Positions 8,691 through 16,554 of a stretch of DNA of 64,000 bases are shown here, one piece after another. This DNA is from Dehalococcoidia bacterium (lineage in GTDB: Bacteria; Chloroflexota; Dehalococcoidia; Lucifugimonadales; JADFKI01), in contig OZ241333.1 of NCBI GenBank assembly GCA_965200085.1, positions 2,471,961 through 2,535,960 on the forward strand, given 5' to 3'. Every line of letters starts with the position of its first letter. The first letter of the stretch is position 1. Under the pieces are notes generated by a model. It was not told the DNA's origin. It searched no databases and was given only the letters and a program-made list of their open reading frames with translations. The translations under genes were made by a program, and so were the position numbers.

Positions 8691-9791
8691 ATGGAGAACT
8701 ACCGTCCACTTATAGGCACTGACATTGCAGACTTGGATACACCGTGCCTGCTCGTTGACATAGATTTGCTTGACCGCAACTACCAGCTCATTGCCGATAC
8801 ATACCGCGATACCGAATGTAAGATGCGCGCGCATATCAAGAACCTGAAGTCGCCGATGCTGGCGCACATGCAGATCAGTGCGGGCGGTACAGTTGGTGGG
8901 GTTTGTGCCGCCAAGGTATCGGAAGCAGAGGCGATGGTCGAAGGCGGCATCGACGATATTCTGATACCTAATCAGGTAGTTACGCCTGAGAAGATTACGC
9001 GCCTGTGCACACTCGCAAAGCAGGCTAAGATAATGGTCGCCGCCGACAATACCGAAAACCTGCAGGCAATATCTGATGCAGCCGGCGAGATGGGCGTGTC
9101 CATCGGAGTTGTAATTGAGGTAGATACGCAGATGCAGCGCGCCGGCATACGTGCTACGGAGCAAGGCGTCGTGCTTGCTAAAGCTGCAGATTCACTGCCC
9201 GGTATAGCGTTCAAAGGCGTGATGAGCCACCAGACGCTGCCCGGACATCCGGACCGCGAGACGCGCTTCATCGAGGGACCGCGCTTCATTCAGAAGACGC
9301 TGGATGTGAAGGAAGCAATCGAAGCCGAAGGCATTCCGGTGGAAGTCGTATCGGCAGGCGAGAGCTGGACTTATGACATCTGCCCCACTATTCCGGGGGT
9401 TACCGAGGTTGAGGGCGGCACTTATGCTTTGATGTCGCACGCATACGCCTATATGGAGGAGTTCGAGTTCGCTGCTAAGATTCTTGGCACGGTTACGAGT
9501 ACGCCGCGTTCAGGTGTTGCCATTGGGGATACGGGTTCGCGCTGTCTCGCGTCTCCCAGCGGAGTTCTTCCGGAGCTGCATGGGATGGAAGGCGTGCGGG
9601 TGGACTCTCTGGGCCCAACACACATCGTACTTAAGTCAGACGGCGACATGCCGCTGAAACTTGGCGATAAATACCAGCTTATATCAGGTCAGCAGGACAT
9701 CATGGTAAATCGCTGGGACCAGTTCATAGGAGTACGTGATGGCAAGGTTGAAGCCGTTTGGGACATCACCGCTCGGGGCTGTCATAATTAG
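8691..9791 (+). CDS. DSD1 / D-threonine aldolase / D-serine dehydratase-like fold-III PLP enzyme, paralog 2
   Basis: Colinear with 7539-8648 (TPCLLVDIDLLDRNY ... KITRLCTLAK ... VAADN). It retains the HIK lysine motif. Confidence 0.75.
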   Translation: MENYRPLIGTDIADLDTPCLLVDIDLLDRNYQLIADTYRDTECKMRAHIKNLKSPMLAHMQISAGGTVGGVCAAKVSEAEAMVEGGIDDILIPNQVVTPEKITRLCTLAKQAKIMVAADNTENLQAISDAAGEMGVSIGVVIEVDTQMQRAGIRATEQGVVLAKAADSLPGIAFKGVMSHQTLPGHPDRETRFIEGPRFIQKTLDVKEAIEAEGIPVEVVSAGESWTYDICPTIPGVTEVEGGTYALMSHAYAYMEEFEFAAKILGTVTSTPRSGVAIGDTGSRCLASPSGVLPELHGMEGVRVDSLGPTHIVLKSDGDMPLKLGDKYQLISGQQDIMVNRWDQFIGVRDGKVEAVWDITARGCHN

Positions 9792-9824
9792 GGCGACTGA
9801 CTGGGTATAACTGACTGAGCATAG

Positions 9825-10439
9825 ATGAGTATTAGCAAGCGGCTGTTTGCGGCAGGGTACGATCTACTTAACTCGGGCGTAGAAGGACGTGTCGTCCCGT
9901 ATCGGATACGCACGGCGGGTATAGCGTGGGGCGATGTGCTGGAGATTGGCGGCGGTACGGGCGCAAACCTCGCGTACTATCCACCGGACGCAAACATCAC
10001 CTTTATCGAGCCGGATATACACATGATTCGACGTCTGCGCCGCAGAACCGCTGAACAGGATCGAAACATCCACATTGTGCAGCAGTTTGGCGAAAACCTT
10101 CCGTTCGCAGACGGCAGCTTCGATACTGTTGTTACGACTTTGGTTTTGTGCATGGTGCGTGACGCAGATGCCGTTGTGCGTGATGCGCGGCGCGTGCTCA
10201 AACCCGGCGGCGCGTTCTTATTCTACGAGCATGTCGTATCTCCTCGACGGCGCGGACGCTGGTGGCAGCACACGCTCAATCCTATATGGAAGTGCCTTAC
10301 TACCGGATGCAACCTCAACCGCGACCTTATCACATCTATACGGAACGCGGGATTTACCAGCGTTGATTTGGAAGCCTTTGACCTTTCTGTCGGTCTGCCT
10401 GTTACAATACCTAACATCGTAGGCATTGCGAGAGTCTGA
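9825..10439 (+). CDS. Class I SAM-dependent methyltransferase
   Basis: Motif I VLEIGGGTGANL, post-I FIEPD and LKPGGAFLFYEH are typical of the Methyltransf_11/25 type. Confidence 0.8.
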   Translation: MSISKRLFAAGYDLLNSGVEGRVVPYRIRTAGIAWGDVLEIGGGTGANLAYYPPDANITFIEPDIHMIRRLRRRTAEQDRNIHIVQQFGENLPFADGSFDTVVTTLVLCMVRDADAVVRDARRVLKPGGAFLFYEHVVSPRRRGRWWQHTLNPIWKCLTTGCNLNRDLITSIRNAGFTSVDLEAFDLSVGLPVTIPNIVGIARV

Positions 10440-10470
10440 AGACTGACGATCATCTAAATGGAGGCTACAC

Positions 10471-10896
10471 ATGGATTTCGAGCAAGTTATACCTTTTCTG
10501 GAGAGAAATCACAGAGGCGTCATCTCGACACAACGTCCTAACGGAGCGGCACATTCCAGCATCGTTGTCTGCGGCGCCTATGAGGGCAAAGCTGCATTCG
10601 TATCCGTTTACCCTCGCTCTCAGAAGATACGCAACTTGCGTCGCGATTCCCACTGCACTGTGCTTGCCGTTACCGAAGATTGGCGCGAATGGGTATCCGT
10701 AGAGGGTGATGCGGCGCTGTATGACTACGGAAATATGGATGGGGAGGAGATGCGGGTGATGCTGCGCAAGGTGTATATGGCATGCAGCAACACTGAGCAT
10801 CCGGACTGGGAAGAGTATGATCAGGCTATGATTGACCAGGAAGCGGTGATAGTACTGGTTACCCCTGAGCGCGTGTACGGCTTGCTGCGTAGTTAG
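10471..10896 (+). CDS. PPOX-class (pyridoxamine 5'-phosphate oxidase-like) probable F420/FMN-binding protein
   Basis: 141 aa. The pattern FLERNHRGVISTQRPNGAAHSSIV ... KIRNLRRDSHCTVL ... WVSVEG is typical of the split-barrel PPOX family. Confidence 0.7.
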   Translation: MDFEQVIPFLERNHRGVISTQRPNGAAHSSIVVCGAYEGKAAFVSVYPRSQKIRNLRRDSHCTVLAVTEDWREWVSVEGDAALYDYGNMDGEEMRVMLRKVYMACSNTEHPDWEEYDQAMIDQEAVIVLVTPERVYGLLRS

Positions 10897-10961
10897 GAAG
10901 GTTGCGGAATCTAGCGCATTTGCGCAGGGTGGATATGATATAATTACCCATATCTCGCTAC

Positions 10962-11051
10962 GGAGAGATGGCCGAGCGGACGAAGGCGCCGGTCTCGAAA
11001 ACCGGTATGGGCGCAAGTTCATCGTGGGTTCGAATCCCACTCTCTCCGCCA
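10962..11051 (+). tRNA. tRNA-Ser (anticodon CGA), class II with long variable arm, CCA encoded
   Basis: Acceptor stem GGAGAGA/TCTCTCC. Anticodon stem CCGGT/ACCGG with loop CTCGAAA. T-arm GGGTTCGAATCCC. 3' end GCCA. Confidence 0.92.
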
Positions 11052-11158
11052 TATATGTTTTTCAATTCAAAAAATCTAGCAGTGTTCATTCTGATTTTTG
11101 CTGGTTTTCCTAATTCTTACGAATCTGAAATTGATGAGTTTTTGAGGTTGGGCAGGTA

Positions 11159-11608
11159 ATGGCAAGGAGCGCAGCTTCCACAGTTGAAGAATACCTAAAT
11201 GAACTCACTCCCGATAGGCGTGAACAGATCGGTGTCGTGCGCGATGTAGTGTTAGACAACTTGCCGGACGGGTATGTGGAGTCTATGAACTGGGGGATGA
11301 TTTCGTGGGAGATTCCGCTGGAACGTTATCCAAATACTTACAATAAGCAGCCACTTATGTATGCCGCACTGGCGTCTCAGAAGAACTACATGTCGCTGTA
11401 TTTGATGTGCGTGTATGCGCATGACGGAGTGCAAACCGAGTTCGAGAGGCGCTTCAGAGCGAGCGGCAAGAAACTGAACATGGGCAAGTCCTGTGTGCGC
11501 TTCAAGAAGGTCGAAGACCTGCCAATCGACCTTATAGCCGAAACGATAGCATCGACTCCGGTTGAGGACTACATCCGAAGCTATGAGCTGGCGCGCAAAA
11601 AGAAGTAG
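11159..11608 (+). CDS. DUF1801 (YdhG-like) domain protein
   Basis: 149 aa. VEEYLNELTPDRREQIGVVRDVV ... KNYMSLYL ... MGKSCVRFKK is the typical DUF1801 pattern. Confidence 0.7.
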   Translation: MARSAASTVEEYLNELTPDRREQIGVVRDVVLDNLPDGYVESMNWGMISWEIPLERYPNTYNKQPLMYAALASQKNYMSLYLMCVYAHDGVQTEFERRFRASGKKLNMGKSCVRFKKVEDLPIDLIAETIASTPVEDYIRSYELARKKK

Positions 11609-11702
11609 AGCAGGACGGCGTCAATCTTATTCCTATCAATGTACTATCATTTTCTGTAAGATAGAGTGCGCCGTTAACGGCAATTTATCATACCTGTTTC
11701 GC

Positions 11703-11792
11703 GGAGAGGTGCTGGAGTGGACGAACAGGCACGACTGGAAATCGTGTGTGCCTTAAAGGGCACCAAGGGTTCGAATCCCTTCCTCTCCGCCA
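11703..11792 (+). tRNA. tRNA-Ser (anticodon GGA), class II, CCA encoded
   Basis: Acceptor stem GGAGAGG/CCTCTCC. Anticodon stem CACGA/TCGTG with loop CTGGAAA. Long variable arm. T-arm AGGGTTCGAATCCCT. 3' end GCCA. Confidence 0.92.
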
Positions 11793-11867
11793 TATACCCT
11801 GCCACGCATACACCATCCCTCACATTCATTAGCGAATTGACAATCTGAACGGGATTCGTGCGGGGAA

Positions 11868-12264
11868 TGCCAAGGAGGCCTGTAAGCCGAGTTCTGTATC
11901 GGATCCGCCCGTGGCAATGCCGCGAGGGAATCCGCCGGCGGCCATCTATCTAGCCTCGACGTTGCCGCCGAAGTCATGCAGCTAACCCGGAGAAGGGCCG
12001 GGCGCCCATTTTCTCCCTATTATGCCTTGCTCCGGATGGGGTTTGCCTGGACCTTTGATGTTACCACCAAAGCGGTGCGCCCTTACCGCACCTTTTCACC
12101 CTTGCCCCGAATGAATATATCGTGGCGGTATGTTTCTGTGGCACTTTCCGTCGGGTTACCCCGCCCCGCTGTTAGCGGGCATCCTGCCCGGTGGAGCTCG
12201 GACTTTCCTCTCTTCCGTTATACGGTTATACAACGTAAGAGCGGCCGCCCAGCCTCCTTGGCAA
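11868..12264 (-). ncRNA. rnpB: RNase P RNA, bacterial type A
   Basis: Minus strand reads GAGAGGAAAGTCCGAGCTCCACC (plus strand 12193-12212), AAGGGTGAAAAGGTGCGGTAAGGGCGCACCG and ACAGAACTCGGCTTACAGG. P1 pairs 5' CCAAGGAGGCTG with 3' CAGGCCTCCTTGG. The ends are approximate to within a few nt. Confidence 0.93.
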
Positions 12265-12443
12265 GTTATATTTTAACACTACCAGCGGAGGCGTATGAAG
12301 TTCGGAAAGACTTTAATACGAAATCGCGAGTGAAATCAGAAGCCGTAAAGCAGCATCTGCGACGGCAGTTTCAGGCATAGTTGACTCAATCTCATATCAG
12401 CCCTATGGACAGAATGTGTGATGATGGGTTATTCAGTACAAAT

Positions 12444-13826
12444 CTAATTTAATACTTCGATGGAGTCATCAGACACTATTATCTTGGAAATGTGTATGAG
12501 AAGGAAAGATTGTTGTTCTTCAAAAGACAGTGTGTCCCATTTCTGAATTGTCTCATCCACATCCCAGTCATGCTCCCAAGTTGCTGCACTGGTTCGTGCT
12601 TTGTCCAGCTGCTTAAGGTGGTCTTGTACCGCGCCAAGTCCGAATTCGCCGCGCGCCGCTCGCTTCAGATTCTGCAGGAAGCGCCGTTCCGCGTTTTTGA
12701 CTCGTTTGTCCCACATCGCCTGGACTTCTTGGTTGCGCTGTTTCGTGGCAACTCGGTTCTTAGACCTTGCTTTAGTTGTTGAACTTTCCTGGATGTGAGA
12801 CAGTACGGCAGCTTCAAGCGCCGGCGCCCTCCAAGTGTGATACCCGCACAGACTCTGATTGTTGCGACTTTGACACTGATAATATCGATAGACACCCTGC
12901 GCGCTGGCGCCGTCCTTGCGCTTCCAGGATTGTCTCCGCGTAACGCCCATCATCTTGTTCTCGCAGTATCCGCAGAAAGCCAAACCTGAGAGCAAAAACG
13001 GCTCGGTATTGACAGACCTGGAAGAAGGACGGCGAGCTTTTGTCTGATCTTGCGCCTTTCGGAACATCTGTGGGTTGATTATTGCTTCGTGCACTTTGGG
13101 CAAACGAAGTCCAAAGCGGTAATATGTGCCCGTGTAGGTGGGATTTCTGAGTATATCGCGGATGGTTACCATGTTCCATCGACCGCCGCGCCGCGTCTTT
13201 ATGTCTTGTTCGTTCAAATACTGCGCAATTAGGCGTAAACCAAGCCCTTCATTGATGTATTTGTCGTATATCAGATTTACCGTTTCGGCTTCCTGTTCTA
13301 CGATCTCAAGCGTACCGTCACTGCCGTTTTGATAGCCGAAAGGCGGCTTGCCTAACCCTTTACCGAGCATAGCCCGCCTGCGCATAGAATCTTTTATTCG
13401 TTCGCTGCGCGTTTTAGACACTCCGGCAGGTCCTAAGGAATCGAGGGCGTTTTGCAGTGGGTCGGGGATTTCATCATCTTCACAAATGACTTTGCACCCG
13501 GTTGCCTCAATCTCGATTATCGTCCGCACAACTTCTTCGAGGTCTTTGCCAAGGTGAGTGGTGTCCGGCACCACAACCAAAAAATTGCTTTCCGAACTTT
13601 CAATAAATTCCAGCATACGCCTATATTCAGGAAATCGACGAGTTGAACTGCCGGTGCCATTCCCATTTTCAGACGGGTTCTCATGTTCGCTGATTTCGTC
13701 CACAAAGACGGCGACTGGCTGATGGAGGTAGCGCTCGCAATAGACCTCAAATCGTTCGTGCAACTCATCAGCGTCTTCGTTGTGGTCGCTGTCAGTAATT
13801 CTTCTAATATATCTAATTGCACGCAT
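12444..13826 (-). CDS. Large serine recombinase homolog (resolvase-like N-domain, recombinase domain, zinc ribbon, coiled coil). The catalytic Ser/Arg residues are apparently substituted.
   Basis: Recombinase-domain motifs GKPPFGYQ, RWNMVTIRDILRNPTYTG and zinc ribbon CGYC...YYQC...C. The likely start is MRAIRYIRR at 13826, 8 nt after the upstream stop. The ORF-track start at 13988 would overlap the upstream gene. Confidence 0.8.
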   Translation of the reverse strand: MRAIRYIRRITDSDHNEDADELHERFEVYCERYLHQPVAVFVDEISEHENPSENGNGTGSSTRRFPEYRRMLEFIESSESNFLVVVPDTTHLGKDLEEVVRTIIEIEATGCKVICEDDEIPDPLQNALDSLGPAGVSKTRSERIKDSMRRRAMLGKGLGKPPFGYQNGSDGTLEIVEQEAETVNLIYDKYINEGLGLRLIAQYLNEQDIKTRRGGRWNMVTIRDILRNPTYTGTYYRFGLRLPKVHEAIINPQMFRKAQDQTKARRPSSRSVNTEPFLLSGLAFCGYCENKMMGVTRRQSWKRKDGASAQGVYRYYQCQSRNNQSLCGYHTWRAPALEAAVLSHIQESSTTKARSKNRVATKQRNQEVQAMWDKRVKNAERRFLQNLKRAARGEFGLGAVQDHLKQLDKARTSAATWEHDWDVDETIQKWDTLSFEEQQSFLLIHISKIIVSDDSIEVLN

Positions 13827-13833
13827 CGTATTC

Positions 13834-14544
13834 TTATTCCAAGTAAAGTATGCGCCGACAGTTATTACACTGCACGAGAACATCGCCGCTTCTGAGGCGT
13901 TGAGTGTCCGATCTCGGCAAAGCAACCCTACAAGCGCTGCAAATATCCCTTCCCCTGCCGAGTTCAACCTTGCTGACCGCTTGGCCACCCCGGCTCACTA
14001 ATAGAGCCTCATACGTAGAGAGCATCTGTGCCGGAAGATTTGACAGCATTTCGGCTCGGCTGTTGTGCAGCGTCTCAAGTTCGGCGCTTATATTCTGCTC
14101 TTGCAGTTGAAGCTGCGGCAAACGTTGTCTCCTTCGTTCTTCAAGCGCAGCCAAAGTTTGCCGCGCTCTATTTAGAACTTCTTGCGTTTGCTCGGCGTCA
14201 ACCATGCGCTCTAGCAGAACATCTTCAGCCTCTGTTATCTGACGGCGCAGCATAACCTGTTCTTCTTGAAGCGCGCCAAGTTCACGAGGGTTCGTTACTG
14301 AACCGCTGTAAAGCCGATTTTGGGTTGCCTGCTCGCGCTGCTCGAGCTGATCCACAATAAGTTGAGCATCCCGCCGTAAAGCAATCCGACTAATATATTC
14401 TGCTTCAATCTGTGCAAGCTGCTGCCGCGCTCGTATCAGGCTCGACTCGTCGGAAATCTCAGCACGTATTTCGTCCAATGCCTGCTGCTTTTCGGCGCGA
14501 TCCCAATCCAGTTCCTGCAGAATGTAAAGTTCTAATAACGACAC
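13834..14544 (-). CDS. C4-type zinc-ribbon coiled-coil protein (DUF164 / COG1579 type)
   Basis: Long coiled coil followed by CSACRVALP...QCNNCRRILY at the C-terminus. Confidence 0.8.
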   Translation of the reverse strand: MSLLELYILQELDWDRAEKQQALDEIRAEISDESSLIRARQQLAQIEAEYISRIALRRDAQLIVDQLEQREQATQNRLYSGSVTNPRELGALQEEQVMLRRQITEAEDVLLERMVDAEQTQEVLNRARQTLAALEERRRQRLPQLQLQEQNISAELETLHNSRAEMLSNLPAQMLSTYEALLVSRGGQAVSKVELGRGRDICSACRVALPRSDTQRLRSGDVLVQCNNCRRILYLE

Positions 14545-15009
14545 TTGTCCGCCTTTGGCGAGGACACATAAAGCATTTCGTTATATCCACTTTAATCACA
14601 TGTATATTCTTGTGTATAGTACAACTCGGTTCTCATTTGGCGTTTTTATGAGCATTCAGTTATATCAATATCAACAAATACAGAATAGGTTGTGCAGAAT
14701 GATTGACTTGCCGAAACGCTGTATGAAGTACGGACGGTATTGCTGCGACAAGGTTCACCGATATATAGTTTCTTCACTGCCTGACCATCTCCAATCCCTG
14801 CTTTATGCGAGCAATAATAATTCCGCGATCTGCCTGGGAAAGCCTGTTACGGAAAGCCTGTTGCGCAATCATCTCCTCAAATCGCTGCAATGGATGTATG
14901 CTCTTGTCATAAACTGGTATGATAGCTTTATTGATTCTTCACCACTGTGTTGTAATATGAAAGCTGAACCGGAAGATGCGGTTATGTATATTTGGAGGTC
15001 GTGTTTCGT

Positions 15010-16458
15010 ATGCTCTCTCCCAACTTCAGCAAGTTATTCCCGAAGACGAAAATCGTCTGTACACTCGGTCCTTCGACCGAATATGAGGAGATGATTGAAT
15101 CGCTGGTCAGGGAAGGAATGAGCATCGCCCGCCTCAACATGTCGCATGGCGATATGGAGACGCACACTACCACGTTTAAGCGAGTGCGGCGCGTGTCAGA
15201 ACGTTTCGGCATGCCGGTCGGCATTATGGTTGATGTACCGGGTCCTAAGTATCGGACAGGACCAACTGTGCCGGGTATACTGGAAATTAAAGAGGGCGAT
15301 CCGCTCACACTCACAAGTCGAGACATCACCGGGAATCAGTCGATAATATCGGTTGCTCCTCCCGGGATTCATCGAGACGCTATCGTGAATGGGACTATCC
15401 TGCTCGACGACGGATTACTCAGGCTTACCGTCGTAAGCGTAGATGGCGATGATGTGCGATGCAGCGTTCAGGTGGGCGGACGGGTTACGGAGCGCCGAGG
15501 CGTAGTAACACCGGGCAAATCGCCTTCACAACCCTCACTTGATGCCAATGCTAAGAAAGCGCTTGAGTTTGCTGCTCATCAAGGTGCGGACTTCGTTGCT
15601 CTTTCTATGGTCAACTCTGACACAGATGTGCAGACAGCGCGCGATATTTTGAATGGCTACAATGCGGATCCTCTGATAATCTCTAAAATTGAATCTGTGG
15701 AAGCGCTTGATAATTTCGACAGCATTCTTGATGCCAGTGACGGCATCATGGTAGCGCGGGGCGATATGGGCGTGCATGTGTCTCTGTATCGCATTCCCGT
15801 GATACAGAAGGATTTGATAGCCAAGTGCAACGCCGCCGGAAAGCCGGTCATCACTGCCACACAGATGTTGGAGTCCATGGTGCGCTCCCCGTCTCCCACG
15901 CGTGCAGAGGTAACGGATGTCGCCAACGCTATCTACGACGGAACGGACGCCGTGATGCTTTCCGGTGAAACTTCGGTAGGCTCTTATCCTGTCGAGGCTG
16001 TGTATGCTATGGTGCAGACGGCCATTGAAACCGAAAAGGTCCTTTCGTATGAGGATATTTTGCTGGCTAAATCGCAGCAGACTGAATACCAGCGCACTGA
16101 CGATGCCATTAGTTTTGCGGCGGTTCGCACTGCTCATCAGCTGGACGCGAGTCTTATTATCGCGTTTACGGAGAGCGGAAGCACTGCGGGCAGGGTATCC
16201 AAGTATCGTCCCAAGTCTCCTGTGCTTGCGCTTACTCCATACGAACACATACGCCGCCGCCTTACTATTCGCTGGGGCACGATACCTGTCATCGTAGCGC
16301 CACTGCTTTCGGGTGAAGATTTCGTCGAAATCGGAGAGGAACAGGCACGCAGGGTCTCCGGAGTTCGTTCGGGAGACTCTATAGTCTTAGTGGCGGGTCT
16401 TCCTATGGGTGTGCAGGGAAGTACCAACTTGATCCGAGCGATGACGATAGATTCATAG
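15010..16458 (+). CDS. pyk: Pyruvate kinase
   Basis: TKIVCTLGPS, ARLNMSHG, MVARGDMGV and ATQMLESM motifs. GGAGG lies 11 nt upstream of the ATG at 15010; the ORF-track TTG at 14992 overlaps that SD. Confidence 0.93.
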   Translation: MLSPNFSKLFPKTKIVCTLGPSTEYEEMIESLVREGMSIARLNMSHGDMETHTTTFKRVRRVSERFGMPVGIMVDVPGPKYRTGPTVPGILEIKEGDPLTLTSRDITGNQSIISVAPPGIHRDAIVNGTILLDDGLLRLTVVSVDGDDVRCSVQVGGRVTERRGVVTPGKSPSQPSLDANAKKALEFAAHQGADFVALSMVNSDTDVQTARDILNGYNADPLIISKIESVEALDNFDSILDASDGIMVARGDMGVHVSLYRIPVIQKDLIAKCNAAGKPVITATQMLESMVRSPSPTRAEVTDVANAIYDGTDAVMLSGETSVGSYPVEAVYAMVQTAIETEKVLSYEDILLAKSQQTEYQRTDDAISFAAVRTAHQLDASLIIAFTESGSTAGRVSKYRPKSPVLALTPYEHIRRRLTIRWGTIPVIVAPLLSGEDFVEIGEEQARRVSGVRSGDSIVLVAGLPMGVQGSTNLIRAMTIDS

Positions 16459-16554
16459 AAAAACGAGTATCTGCAGGCACGGCTCGGGGTATTCTCATCA
16501 GGGAATGTGTTAGACAACTGACGAGCGTCAATGTACAATCGTTGCGTATAAGCG

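Noticed and set aside
10465-11052. 195-aa minus-strand ORF.
   Set aside because: It is antisense to the well-supported PPOX gene and runs through tRNA-Ser(CGA). It has no recognisable motifs.
11976-12380. 134-aa ORF (MQLTRRRAGRPFSPYYALLRMGF...).
   Set aside because: It lies entirely over the RNase P RNA gene on the opposite strand. Structured GC-rich RNA genes commonly produce spurious ORFs.
12265-12443. Possible att site or integrated-element boundary between rnpB and the recombinase homolog.
   Set aside because: I could not find direct repeats of the tRNA-Ser or rnpB ends, nor any cargo genes. The flanking genes are housekeeping. Only a -10-like TAAAAT for rnpB is visible.
14545-15009. 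465-nt AT-rich divergent intergenic region with a 179-aa ORF (14555-15094) and a 32-codon minus-strand ORF (MIAQQAFRNRLSQADRGIIIARIKQGLEMVRQ).
   Set aside because: The long ORF overlaps the pyk start and has implausible composition. The short ORF has its GAGGAG directly abutting the ATG with no spacing. The region most likely holds only the divergent promoters.
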